From contig CAYYWQ010000001.1 of NCBI GenBank assembly GCA_964474825.1, forward strand, positions 964,048 to 1,028,047: DNA of 64,000 nt. Direction: 5' to 3'. The translations under genes were made by a program, and so were the position numbers. How positions within the stretch are numbered: the stretch's first letter is position 1; the number at the start of each line of letters is the position of its first letter. This document shows, in pieces, positions 44,426 to 53,682 of this stretch. The notes below the pieces were generated by a model. The model was given only the letters and a program-made list of their open reading frames with translations, had not been told where the DNA came from and did not search any database. The DNA is from an uncultured Candidatus Saccharibacteria bacterium (GTDB taxonomy: Bacteria > Patescibacteriota > Doudnabacteria > UBA920).

Positions 44426-45634
44426 TTAAGCCGTGGCTTCTTCTTTTTTTTCTTCCTTGGCTTCCGGCTCAACAGAAGCTTCGGCTTCTTTTTTAGGGGC
44501 CGGCAATAATGCTTTTAGGGACAGGCCTAAACGGTGCTCGGCCGGTTCAATGGAAATAATTTTGAATGATTTCTTTTCGCCGGGCTTTAAAATTTCCTCA
44601 GCGCTTTTTACGGCTTCGTGTGAGAGTTCCATAATATGGCACAAACCCTGGATGTCTTTGTCTAATTCCACAAAAACGCCGAACGGCATAATTTTGGAAA
44701 CAACGCCTTCTACTTCCTGGCCGATTTGGTATTTCTTTACAGCCTCCAGCCATGGATCAGCCTGAAGTTGTTTAATGGACAAAGATACACGACCCTTGTC
44801 TATAGATATAACTTTAGCCTGAACTTTTTGTCCAACTTTTAAGACATCGCGCGGATTCTCTATGCGCTGCCAAGCCATTTCGCTAATATGGACCAAGCCT
44901 TCCAGCTCGCCAAATTTTACGAAAGCACCGAAGTCTACAACACCAGTAACCATGCCTTCTACAATTAATCCGATTTTGAGTTCGGAAAGCTTGGCTTCGG
45001 TCTGTTTTTCAAATACAGCTTTTTCGCTGACGATTAACTTTTCTTCCTGGGCATCGGCAGTAATAATTTGCACGTCAAACGGCTGGCCAATGTAGCTGTG
45101 CAGGACTGACAAAATTTTATTCTTGTCACCGTCTTCTACGCGGGGGTAGTGCTCAAGTGACAACTGTGAAACCGGCAAAAACCCGGTAACGTTGTTAATT
45201 TCCACCATAAGCCCACCTTTGTTGGCTTCCAAAATTTTGGTGCGCACAATTTCTTTCTTTTCCATTTTGTCGCGCAGGGTCTGCCAAACGCGTTCCTGAC
45301 CGGCCTGTCTGAGGGAAAGTTCTACAATGCCGTCTTTGTTTTCCGGCTCAACTACAGAGACAAAAATTTTGTCGCCTGGTTTTTGGTTAGCCAAAGTGGC
45401 TTCGTCGTCGTAAAGCTCGCGGCCGCGGACTACTCCAACGCCATAACCTTCCAAGTCCACATAGACTTCGTTCTTGCCTACGCTAATTAAAGTACCTTCT
45501 ACCATGTCTCCGGCTTTGAGGACTTTAATTTCAATGCCGCTATTAACCAACTCGTCCATTGTTTGGGCGGTGGCTGCACCGGCTGGGATGACTGCCTGTT
45601 TTACTTCTTCCGTCATAAAATTAATTTTCTTCAA
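44426..45634 (-). CDS. rpsA: 30S ribosomal protein S1
   Basis: Four S1 (OB-fold) repeats with a GxV(T/S)G pattern (GDMVEGTLISV, GLIVEGMVTGV, GQEVEGVVSKI). Confidence 0.9.
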   Translation of the reverse strand: MKKINFMTEEVKQAVIPAGAATAQTMDELVNSGIEIKVLKAGDMVEGTLISVGKNEVYVDLEGYGVGVVRGRELYDDEATLANQKPGDKIFVSVVEPENKDGIVELSLRQAGQERVWQTLRDKMEKKEIVRTKILEANKGGLMVEINNVTGFLPVSQLSLEHYPRVEDGDKNKILSVLHSYIGQPFDVQIITADAQEEKLIVSEKAVFEKQTEAKLSELKIGLIVEGMVTGVVDFGAFVKFGELEGLVHISEMAWQRIENPRDVLKVGQKVQAKVISIDKGRVSLSIKQLQADPWLEAVKKYQIGQEVEGVVSKIMPFGVFVELDKDIQGLCHIMELSHEAVKSAEEILKPGEKKSFKIISIEPAEHRLGLSLKALLPAPKKEAEASVEPEAKEEKKEEATA

Positions 45635-45946
45635 TCTACCTTATTCAAATAAAAAATCGACTATCGCAGTCGAATTGAATTAGCAATATGAATAAGCATG
45701 ATTAATTATTAAAAAAGCGCTGTATAAAACTTATTTGGGGGTTAATGATTTAAATATTTTGTAGCGCTTTTGGGCCAAATAAGTACTAAGATTATACCTG
45801 ATTTTTAAGAGCTTGGCAAGTGCCTTTAGCCCTTTTCTTTTTGCCTAAAATCCGCTATAATTTAATGGAAGATTTAAGATTAATGATTAAAGATTTAGGT
45901 CAAAAAAAGCACCTTAATCTTAAATCCTAAAACCGCTAACTACCCC

Positions 45947-46573
45947 ATGCAAATACAGTATTTTGGACTTTCAAGCTTTAAAATCACTACAAAAGAAGCC
46001 ACAATTATAACCGACCCGTTCCATAAAGACAGCGGCCTTACCCCGCCTAGGGGAGCCGCCGATGTTTTAATTTTGGCCGAAAAAAACAAAGCCCTTTATT
46101 CCGCAGTTTCCGGCATTAGCGGCGAGCCGTTTAATGTTTCCGACCCAGGCGAATACGACATAAAAGGTGTAACCGTAACCGGCATCCCCCTAAAACAGGA
46201 AGACAAATACGTAACCGTGTTCTTAATAGAAAGTGAAGACATTCGCATTTTAAACTTAAGCCACATAAAAGATTTTAATTTAAAAGAAGACGAGCTGGAA
46301 GAGTTAGGGGATATAGACATTCTAATTCTACCTGTTGGCGGCAACACAGTAATGTCCGCTTCCACTGCCAGCAAAGCCGTAAATTCCATAGAACCGAAAA
46401 TTGTTATTCCTTCCCACTACAAAATGTCCGACTTAATAATAGACTTAGACGGCGTGGAAAAATTCATAAAAGAAATGGGTGGTAAAAAAGAAGAAATGGA
46501 CAAGCTGACGGTTAAGAAAAAAGATTTAGTGGAAGAAGGGACGAAAGTCGTAATTTTGGAACCGTTAAGATAA
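45947..46573 (+). CDS. UPF0173-type metal-dependent hydrolase (MBL fold)
   Basis: N-terminus MQIQYFGLSSFKITTKEATIITDPF and later His/Asp metal ligands, typical of UPF0173. Confidence 0.7.
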   Translation: MQIQYFGLSSFKITTKEATIITDPFHKDSGLTPPRGAADVLILAEKNKALYSAVSGISGEPFNVSDPGEYDIKGVTVTGIPLKQEDKYVTVFLIESEDIRILNLSHIKDFNLKEDELEELGDIDILILPVGGNTVMSASTASKAVNSIEPKIVIPSHYKMSDLIIDLDGVEKFIKEMGGKKEEMDKLTVKKKDLVEEGTKVVILEPLR

Positions 46574-46577
46574 CTTT

Positions 46578-46829
46578 ATGTCTTGGATTGAAAAAATCCG
46601 CCAAAAGCCGCAAGAGCAAAAAATTCGTTTGATTTGGACTGTAATAATTATTTCTGTAATAGTCCTAATTATAATTTGGGTTATAGCGGCAAAATTCTCC
46701 AAAAACCTTTCTGTAAAAGCCGTGTTCCAAAATATTGGAAGCAATATGCACCAGGAGCAGGATTTTTATAAGCAGGATCTTAAAAAAGACAACATTGAAT
46801 TAAAAGACCGGTTCCATTGGTTTAAATAA
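46578..46829 (+). CDS. Hypothetical small single-TM protein
   Basis: Begins 4 nt after the upstream stop. TM helix LIWTVIIISVIVLIIIWVIAA. Confidence 0.35.
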   Translation: MSWIEKIRQKPQEQKIRLIWTVIIISVIVLIIIWVIAAKFSKNLSVKAVFQNIGSNMHQEQDFYKQDLKKDNIELKDRFHWFK

Positions 46830-46835
46830 TTTATC

Positions 46836-46897
46836 CAGTAGGAAGTAGCGAGTAGCTTGTAGCAATACAAGGCCTACAAGCTACTCGCTAACTAAAT
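46836..46897. repeat. Heptamer-tandem (AGTAGNN units) palindromic element
   Basis: AGTAGGAAGTAGCGAGTAGCTTGTAGCAATACAAGGCCTACAAGCTACTCGCTAACT. Confidence 0.5.
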
Positions 46898-49361
46898 GCC
46901 CAAAGATTCATCACAAGAACTTTCCACAGACATTGGCGAAATAAAGCCACGGTTTTTGGAAAAGGAAATGCAGGACTCGTATTTAGACTACGCCATGAGC
47001 GTAATTGTAAGCCGCGCCCTGCCGGACGTTAGGGACGGACTTAAGCCGGTGCATCGCCGCATTCTTTATGTAATGCACGAAATGGGCCTGCGCCACAGCG
47101 TTAAATTCCGTAAAAGCGCGGCTGTGGTTGGTGATGTGCTAGGTAAATACCACCCCCACGGCGACATTGCCGTGTATGATTCCATGGTTCACATGGCGCA
47201 GACTTTTGCTATGCGCTACCCATTGATTGACGGCCAAGGAAACTTTGGCTCTATGGACGGTGACGGCGCGGCTGCCATGCGTTACACTGAAGCCCGCATG
47301 TCTGCGTTGGCAGAGGAACTTTTGGTGGACTTGGACAAAGAAACCGTGGAGTGGCGCGACAACTACGACGCTACGAGAAAAGAACCGGTTGTTTTGCCAG
47401 GCAAATTACCAAACCTGCTGCTAAACGGCACCCTTGGTATTGCCGTTGGTATGGCCACAGACATCCCGCCCCATAACCTAAGTGAAATTTGCGACGCTAT
47501 TGTAAAGCTTATTGAAGACCCGGAAGCCACCACAGAAGACTTAATGGAATTTGTTAAAGGGCCGGATTTTCCCACTGGCGGAATTATTTACGACGTCGCG
47601 GCCATAAAAAACGCTTACGCCACAGGCAAGGGCGGAATTGTTATGCGCGCCAAAACCGAAATAGTAGAAACCAAAACCGGCGCCTTTCAAATTTTAATTC
47701 ACGAAATTCCTTACCGCGTTAACAAAGCCACTCTACTCGAAAAAGTTGCTGAATTAGTAAGGGACAAAAAAATTGAAGGCATACGCGACGTGCGTGACGA
47801 GTCTGACAAAGACGGCGTGCGTATTGTAGTGGACTTAAAAAAGGATGCCCTGGCCAACAAGATTTTGAACCAGCTATTTTCCTACACCCAGCTGCAGGAA
47901 ACTTTCCATATGAACATGCTGGCTTTGGTAGACGGTATTGAGCCTCATGTACTGAACTTAAAAACAGTTTTGGAAAAATATTTGGAACACCGCCAAATAG
48001 TTATTCGCCGCCGCACAGAATTTGAACTCAAAAAAGCCAAAGAACGCGCGCATATTTTGGAAGGTCTTAAAAAGGCCTTGGACCATATAGACGAGGTAAT
48101 CAATACTATCCGCAAAAGCCCAACCAAAGAAGAGGCAAAAGCTAACTTAATTAAAAAATTCAAACTCACCGAAATTCAGGCAGACGCAATTTTAGAAATG
48201 CGTCTGCAGACTTTGGCTGGCCTGGAACGCAAAAAAATTGACGACGAATTAAAAGAGAAAAAACTTTTAATAGAAGAACTGGAAGGGATTTTACAGTCCA
48301 AAAAGAAAATTTTAGGGATTATAAAAAAAGAAGTGGAAGACATGAAGGAGCGCTTTGGCGACGAGCGCCGCACAGCCGTTGTTAAAAACGCGGTTGGCAC
48401 TTTTTCTGCCGAAGACTTAATCCCGGAAGCCAGCGTTATTATTACTATTACTAAATCCGGCTACGTTAAACGCCTAGCGCCTGACACCTACAAATCCCAA
48501 ACCCGCGGCGGCAAAGGCGTTATTGGCCAAACCTTAAAAGAAGAAGACGTAGTGGACAAACTAATTACCGCCACGACCCACGACGACATTTTGTTCTTTA
48601 CCAACAAAGGCCGCGTATTCCTAACAAAAGTTTACGAACTGCCCGAAGGCAGCAGGGTCAGCAAAGGACAGGCCTTGGTCAATTTCTTGCAGCTGACAGC
48701 CAATGAATACGCGACTTCCGTGTTAACCTTCTCCAAAAAAGACAGTGCCAAGTTCCTGGTAATGTCTACCAAAAAAGGCTTAATTAAAAAAGTTGAGCGC
48801 GAAGAGTTCACTAAAGTTCGCAGAAGCGGCATGATTGCCATTAACCTTAAAGACGACGACGAGCTCAAGTGGGTGGAAACCAGCTCAGGCGAAGACCAAG
48901 TAATGCTTAGCACAGAAAACGGCCAAGCCATTCGCTTCCAGGAAAAAGACGTGCGCGCCATGGGCAGAAATGCCTCAGGCGTTACAGGCATGCGCCTAAA
49001 GAAAGACGACCACATAATTTCCATGGACATTATTAAAAAGTCCATTGACGCCAAACAGCTCGAAGTTTTGGTTATTACAGAAAACGGACTGGGTAAGAAG
49101 ACTGAACTTGGTTATTACAAAATCCAAAAGCGCGGCGGCTCCGGAATTAAAACCTTAAAAGTTACTCCCAAAACCGGAAAAATTGTAACCATGTATATTC
49201 TAAACAACGGCGAAGAGCACGACCTGGTTATGATGTCCAAAATGGGCCAAACCATCCGTACTCCGTTAAACGCTATTTCTACCTTAGGCCGCGCTACACA
49301 AGGCGTGAGGGTAATGAGATTAGATGAGGGAGACAAAGTAGCAAGCGCGACAATTATTTAA
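46896..49361 (+). CDS. gyrA: DNA gyrase subunit A
   Basis: [10 protein letters not shown] active-site Tyr region, [14 protein letters not shown], and C-terminal beta-pinwheel repeats. Confidence 0.95.
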   Translation: MPKDSSQELSTDIGEIKPRFLEKEMQDSYLDYAMSVIVSRALPDVRDGLKPVHRRILYVMHEMGLRHSVKFRKSAAVVGDVLGKYHPHGDIAVYDSMVHMAQTFAMRYPLIDGQGNFGSMDGDGAAAMRYTEARMSALAEELLVDLDKETVEWRDNYDATRKEPVVLPGKLPNLLLNGTLGIAVGMATDIPPHNLSEICDAIVKLIEDPEATTEDLMEFVKGPDFPTGGIIYDVAAIKNAYATGKGGIVMRAKTEIVETKTGAFQILIHEIPYRVNKATLLEKVAELVRDKKIEGIRDVRDESDKDGVRIVVDLKKDALANKILNQLFSYTQLQETFHMNMLALVDGIEPHVLNLKTVLEKYLEHRQIVIRRRTEFELKKAKERAHILEGLKKALDHIDEVINTIRKSPTKEEAKANLIKKFKLTEIQADAILEMRLQTLAGLERKKIDDELKEKKLLIEELEGILQSKKKILGIIKKEVEDMKERFGDERRTAVVKNAVGTFSAEDLIPEASVIITITKSGYVKRLAPDTYKSQTRGGKGVIGQTLKEEDVVDKLITATTHDDILFFTNKGRVFLTKVYELPEGSRVSKGQALVNFLQLTANEYATSVLTFSKKDSAKFLVMSTKKGLIKKVEREEFTKVRRSGMIAINLKDDDELKWVETSSGEDQVMLSTENGQAIRFQEKDVRAMGRNASGVTGMRLKKDDHIISMDIIKKSIDAKQLEVLVITENGLGKKTELGYYKIQKRGGSGIKTLKVTPKTGKIVTMYILNNGEEHDLVMMSKMGQTIRTPLNAISTLGRATQGVRVMRLDEGDKVASATII

Positions 49362-49436
49362 TTAGCAGGTAGCTAGTAGGCTGTAGTTAGTAGACAAACA
49401 AAATCCGCCCCATCGAATGACCGGGGCGGGTTTTTA
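49362..49436. terminator. Heptamer-tandem repeats (GCAGGTA GCTAGTA GGCTGTA GTTAGTA) followed by hairpin terminator
   Basis: Four tandem G.NNGTA heptamers, then AAATCCGCCCCATCGAATGACCGGGGCGGGTTTTT. Confidence 0.55.
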
Positions 49437-49455
49437 AATTTTATGAATAAACCTA

Positions 49456-50586
49456 CTATTTATATGGCTGCATTTTTCCGTTTCTGACAATTTCTGCGGA
49501 ATAAGCTGTGTCTCTGTCGCCGTCGGGCTTAATAGTAATTGCACCTGAAGCTCCTTGCCAATCTTTTACTGTTCGCGACCAGGCGGCAAGTTTTTGCCCG
49601 TTGTTTCCTACTTGCATTAAACCGTCGCGTAACAAATAAACTAAATCGTATTCATTTTGCGCGTAGCTTTGGTAAGGAAGTTCTTGTCCGTACTTGTCCT
49701 TGTATGCCTTAAGCAAGTGCTGAAATTTTGGGTTGTCCAGCCGCGCTACAAATTCCGCGCCAATGGCTCCTTCTAAGATATTTTTATAATTACCAAGCAA
49801 AACAACGTCCCCGGCAATTACTTCATTAATAATAATTTTGGGGCGCCAACCTAAATCTTTCAAATTTTTTAAAATTCTTTCGCCAGTAGGAGCATCAGCC
49901 GGGTCTAAAAACAGCGCGTCGGGATTTACTGCTTTTAGCTTTGTTAAAATTGAACGAAAGTCTGTAGTGCCTGCAGGAAAAGCTTCTACAATAGTTTTAC
50001 CTCCCAGAGATTTCATATTTTTATCAAACGCCAAATACAGGCCCAGCGGATAATCTAACTGCTCCTGTACAACCGCCACCGTTTTATAACCTTTTTGCAT
50101 AGCAACCTGCGCGTCTACCTGACCTTGGCTTGCATCGCTCGGGGAAGTGCGGAAAAAATAAGGGCTAATGCCGGCAAGCTTTGGGCTTGTAGAAACAGAA
50201 GAGGCCATTGCCACTTTTGCGGCCGCGGCCACCGGTATAGCTGCTAGGGATTCAGTACTGCACAAACCGCCCAAAATAAACTGAACCTTCTCAATATTAA
50301 CTAATTTTTGAACCGCATTCACCGCGGCACTGCCATTGCACTTTGAGTCTTCATAAACAAATTCCAAATTTTTTCCGTTAATGCCGCCGCTACTATTAAT
50401 TTCGTCCTTGGCTAATTCAAAAACATTTCTTGCCGGCTCACCGTAGCTCGCCCCATCCCCGGTTAGAGGCGCCATTACCCCAATTTTTATAGTATTTAAA
50501 TTGTCAGGAGTGTTTTTCTTTACCACAAAAACCAGAGCCAAAACAACTAATAAAACACTGGCAATCCACAATTTTTGTTTGTTCAT
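49456..50586 (-). CDS. ABC transporter substrate-binding protein, LivJ/LivK (Peripla_BP_6) family, paralog 2
   Basis: IGVMAPLTGDGASYGEPARNVFELAKDEINSSGGINGKNLEFVYEDSKC. Paralog of 27859..29001. Start at MNKQKLW (50586). No transporter partner genes nearby. Confidence 0.85.
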   Translation of the reverse strand: MNKQKLWIASVLLVVLALVFVVKKNTPDNLNTIKIGVMAPLTGDGASYGEPARNVFELAKDEINSSGGINGKNLEFVYEDSKCNGSAAVNAVQKLVNIEKVQFILGGLCSTESLAAIPVAAAAKVAMASSVSTSPKLAGISPYFFRTSPSDASQGQVDAQVAMQKGYKTVAVVQEQLDYPLGLYLAFDKNMKSLGGKTIVEAFPAGTTDFRSILTKLKAVNPDALFLDPADAPTGERILKNLKDLGWRPKIIINEVIAGDVVLLGNYKNILEGAIGAEFVARLDNPKFQHLLKAYKDKYGQELPYQSYAQNEYDLVYLLRDGLMQVGNNGQKLAAWSRTVKDWQGASGAITIKPDGDRDTAYSAEIVRNGKMQPYK

Positions 50587-50668
50587 AATTTTTAGAAATA
50601 TTATGCCAAAATTATAACACACTTAAGCCCTTTTAAAAATTTGTGAAATTGATTATAATATGGCATAC

Positions 50669-50745
50669 GGGCGTGTAGCTCAGCTGGTTAGAGCATCAAG
50701 CTTATACCTTGAGGGTCCATGGTTCGAGTCCATGCACGCCCACCA
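50669..50745 (+). tRNA. tRNA-Ile(TAT) (anticodon UAU)
   Basis: Acceptor GGGCGTG/CACGCCC, D-arm GCTC-AGCTGGTTA-GAGC, perfect anticodon stem TCAAG/CTTGA, loop CTTATAC, T-arm CATGG-TTCGAGT-CCATG, and CCA. Terminator hairpin at 50746..50775. Confidence 0.75.
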
Positions 50746-50781
50746 TAAACTCCCGCAATGGGATTTTTTTATTCAGTATTT

Positions 50782-51531
50782 ATGCACTTTATTCCAGTAA
50801 AAACCCGCTCCGTCTTGCCGCCCAAGGACGATCTTTATAAGCTGATTGATAATCATGTCCCCAAACTTAAAGAGGGCGATGTTTTGTTTATTACTTCAAA
50901 AATTTTAAGCATTCACCAAGGACGCTGTCTCAAAATACAAGATACAAAATACAAGATACAATTAATTGAGCAAGAGGCCGATTACAGTTTGCCCAAAAGG
51001 AAAGTTGGCGGGTCGGACATTATTTTAACCATAAAAGATTTTACTTTAATTCCCTCGGCCGGCATAGACGAAAGCAATGGCAATGGTTACACAATTTTGT
51101 GGCCTAAAAATGTGAATTTATTGTGCAAACAAATTTGTGAATATTTAAAAAAGAAACATAAAATAAAAAATCTTGCAGTGGTGGCAACCGACAGCCACAC
51201 TACGCCGCTGCGCTGGGGCACGCAGGGCATTGCCATTGGTTTTTTTGGACTACAGCCCAATTACGATTACCGCGGCAAAAAAGATATTTTTGGCCGCAAA
51301 ATGAAATACACCAAAAGCAATATTGTAGACAGCCTCTCTGCCATGGCCGTGCTCCTTATGGGCGAAGGCAGTGAAAGTATTCCCATGTTAATAGTACGCT
51401 CCGCGAAATTTATAAAATTTACGAACAAAGAAACTTACAAAAATTTTGTTATTGAACCAAAGAAAGATTTGTATTATCCGCTCTTAAAACAATTTAAAAA
51501 TAGAAAAATAAAAAGATTTAAAGATTCATGA
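50782..51531 (+). CDS. CofE-like (F420-0:gamma-glutamyl ligase family) protein
   Basis: N-terminus FIPVKTRSVLPPKDDLYKLI and an AGIDESNGNGYTILWP motif matching the CofE/FbiB ligase domain. Start at MHFIPV (50782). Confidence 0.6.
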   Translation: MHFIPVKTRSVLPPKDDLYKLIDNHVPKLKEGDVLFITSKILSIHQGRCLKIQDTKYKIQLIEQEADYSLPKRKVGGSDIILTIKDFTLIPSAGIDESNGNGYTILWPKNVNLLCKQICEYLKKKHKIKNLAVVATDSHTTPLRWGTQGIAIGFFGLQPNYDYRGKKDIFGRKMKYTKSNIVDSLSAMAVLLMGEGSESIPMLIVRSAKFIKFTNKETYKNFVIEPKKDLYYPLLKQFKNRKIKRFKDS

Positions 51532-51565
51532 GAATCTTTCTATTTTTAAATCTTTCAATCTTTAA

Positions 51566-52090
51566 ATGAATTTAATGCCTAAATTCCTTGCTATTGCCGC
51601 CGTAACCATTGACGGCAAAATTGCAAAAAACAGCAGCCATATGTCTGACTGGACTTCAAAAGAAGACAAGGTCTTTATGCGCGCGCTGCTAGATAAGTGC
51701 GATGTAGTGGTTGTGGGAAATAATACTTACAAGACGGCGGTTGGACCTTTGAGCAAGAGAAATTGCATAGTTATCAGCCAGTCAGCTGGTAAGCTAATAA
51801 GCAAATCAGCTAGACTAACTTACTGCAAACCAAATAAAACTGAACTTATGAAGCTCCTAAAAACTAAAAGCTACAAGCTAATAGCTATTTTAGGCGGAGC
51901 GCAAACTTACGCTTACTTTTTGGAAAATAATTTACTGGACGAAATATACTTAACTATTGAACCTCTAGTTTTTGGAGAAGGAATAAATTTATTCGCTTCC
52001 GGAAAATCTTTTTTAAAAAAATTCAAACTCGTTAGTGTAAAAAAACTGAACAAGCAAGGAAGCTTGCTGCTAAGATACAAAAAAGATTGA
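51566..52090 (+). CDS. RibD C-terminal/dihydrofolate-reductase-like domain protein
   Basis: AIAAVTIDGKIAKNS...DWTSKEDKVFMRALLDKCDVVVVGNNTY is the RibD_C/DHFR-like fold. Confidence 0.65.
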   Translation: MNLMPKFLAIAAVTIDGKIAKNSSHMSDWTSKEDKVFMRALLDKCDVVVVGNNTYKTAVGPLSKRNCIVISQSAGKLISKSARLTYCKPNKTELMKLLKTKSYKLIAILGGAQTYAYFLENNLLDEIYLTIEPLVFGEGINLFASGKSFLKKFKLVSVKKLNKQGSLLLRYKKD

Positions 52091-52103
52091 GAGAGGCCGC
52101 GTG

Positions 52104-52733
52104 CTACTTGCGGCCCCTCCTTAGATCAATACGCGCGCTGACGTTAAAGTATACCCGGCTTTCGCTTAGCCCGGTCAGGCTAAACCTATAAGCATACGCC
52201 CCGCCGTAGTCCACGCCCCGCCAACTGCCAAGACCAAGACTGAGCCTAGGCCCAAAGTTGTACTGCTTAGGGAGTGTTGAACTGGCTGGCCGCCAGACAG
52301 ACTCCTCTTCGCCGCCCAGCGAAAGCTTTTTCCACACGCGATACTCCACAATCGCGAAGTGGTAAACGCCCGGCTGGGTTACGAAGGCTGTCGGCTCCAC
52401 ATAGACCGAGAGCCGTTTGGTTAACTGCACGCGGCTGCGGACATCAAGAGCCCAAAACCCGCCCTTTTGGCTCCACTGCTTCTGGGCCATAACTTCAACC
52501 CAATTGTTTTTGTCGCCGCGGCCAACACCAAAAAAAATGTTGGCGTTATTTGGTGTTGCGGTGCGGAAGTTAGGAATTCCCCAAACTACTAAATCATAAC
52601 CCTTCCCAACCTCACCGCGAAAATGGAACGCGTCTCGGTTCTGCCAATCCTGGGCGTGTAGACGTGAACACAAAAACCAGGCCATTGCGATTAAAGCAAT
52701 AACTATCCAAACCAAACTTTTATTGCGTCTCAC
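52104..52733 (-). CDS. Signal-peptide protein with outer-membrane beta-barrel-like alternating pattern, in GC-rich (~57%) island
   Basis: Signal peptide MRRNKSLVWIVIALIAMAWFLCSRLHA. Amphipathic alternating-residue strands and a C-terminal aromatic-rich segment (GGAYAYRFSLTGLSESRVYFNVSARIDL). Composition is atypical for this genome. Confidence 0.45.
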   Translation of the reverse strand: MRRNKSLVWIVIALIAMAWFLCSRLHAQDWQNRDAFHFRGEVGKGYDLVVWGIPNFRTATPNNANIFFGVGRGDKNNWVEVMAQKQWSQKGGFWALDVRSRVQLTKRLSVYVEPTAFVTQPGVYHFAIVEYRVWKKLSLGGEEESVWRPASSTLPKQYNFGPRLSLGLGSWRGVDYGGAYAYRFSLTGLSESRVYFNVSARIDLRRGRK

Positions 52734-52843
52734 TGTTCCTCCTTGCCAGAGCCGCCTCTACTTGCCAGCGGATGGGAGTACAGCTTATAATATTTCTATT
52801 GAGTGGCCAACACCACCACAAGATAATATTAACCACCACAATT

Positions 52844-53590
52844 ATGCACCAAGAAATATTGGAAGAATTAGGACTTTCGCCTAACGAAGCAAAAATTTAC
52901 GAATCGCTTGTTGAAAAGGGAGAGTCTTCTGTTAGCGATGTTGCTACCAGTTCGCAAACCCACCGCAGGAATACTTACGACGCTATGAAGCGCCTTGTAG
53001 ACAAAGGCTTAGTTTTTGAAATTCTATCCAGCACCGGCAACCACTATAACGCGGTGGAGCCGGACAAACTTATGGAACTGGTGGCGGAAAAGGAAACTCG
53101 GCTGCGCCACATTTTACCAGACCTAAAAAAGAAATTTCATAGGCGCCTGGCACCGGAAGAAGCTTACATTTACCGCGGATTGGAAGGACAAAAAAATGTT
53201 TTGCGGGACGTGCTAAGAGTTGGTAAAGACAGCTATTTTATTGGCGCCAAAGGCGGCTGGTATGACCCGCGTTTGGAAACTACCCGCAAAGCTTTTTTTG
53301 CGGAAACCAAAAGAAAAAAAATAAAATTCATTCAGTTGTTTGACCACGAAATAAAACTGGAAAAAGATTTCCCTAAATATTTTGAAGGAAATTTAGAATA
53401 CCGGTTCCTGCCCAAACAATACTCCTCAACTTCTGCCATTCATATTTTTGGCGATTACGTGGTGACCTACACCGGAATGACAATTAAAAAATTGGCGGAC
53501 GACATTGTCTTTTTTGTAATTCGCAGTAGCAACTTAGCCGAAGGCTACCGCAAATGGTTTCGGTACATGTGGGACAAAGCGGAAAAATAA
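52844..53590 (+). CDS. TrmB-family transcriptional regulator (paralog 1)
   Basis: wHTH (ILEELGLSPNEAKIYESLVEKGESSVSDVATSSQTHRRNTYDAMKRLVDKGLV) plus a TrmB C-terminal domain. Start at MHQEIL (ATG at 52844). Confidence 0.7.
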   Translation: MHQEILEELGLSPNEAKIYESLVEKGESSVSDVATSSQTHRRNTYDAMKRLVDKGLVFEILSSTGNHYNAVEPDKLMELVAEKETRLRHILPDLKKKFHRRLAPEEAYIYRGLEGQKNVLRDVLRVGKDSYFIGAKGGWYDPRLETTRKAFFAETKRKKIKFIQLFDHEIKLEKDFPKYFEGNLEYRFLPKQYSSTSAIHIFGDYVVTYTGMTIKKLADDIVFFVIRSSNLAEGYRKWFRYMWDKAEK

Positions 53591-53620
53591 AAATTTTCAT
53601 TTTTACATCTCAAAGAAAAA

Positions 53621-53644
53621 GAGCAGGGCCGCGGGGTCCTGCTC
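53621..53644. terminator. GC-rich hairpin terminator (copy 1 of duplicated pair)
   Basis: GAGCAGGGCC-GCGG-GGTCCTGCTC. Near-identical to 56074..56098. Confidence 0.6.
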
Positions 53645-53682
53645 TTTAGAGTTGTGGGGTAAGGTCCCACGGGCCTGCCTTG

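Noticed and set aside
45873-45931. AT-rich inverted repeat GATTTAAGATTAA / TTAATCTTAAATC and similar TTAAATCCTAAATCTT strings at 17325..17352 and 60815..60845; these were considered as a dispersed repeat family.
   Set aside because: Low-complexity AT-rich sequence. One occurrence is inside a coding region (encoding a KIKDL repeat), so the similarity is likely compositional.
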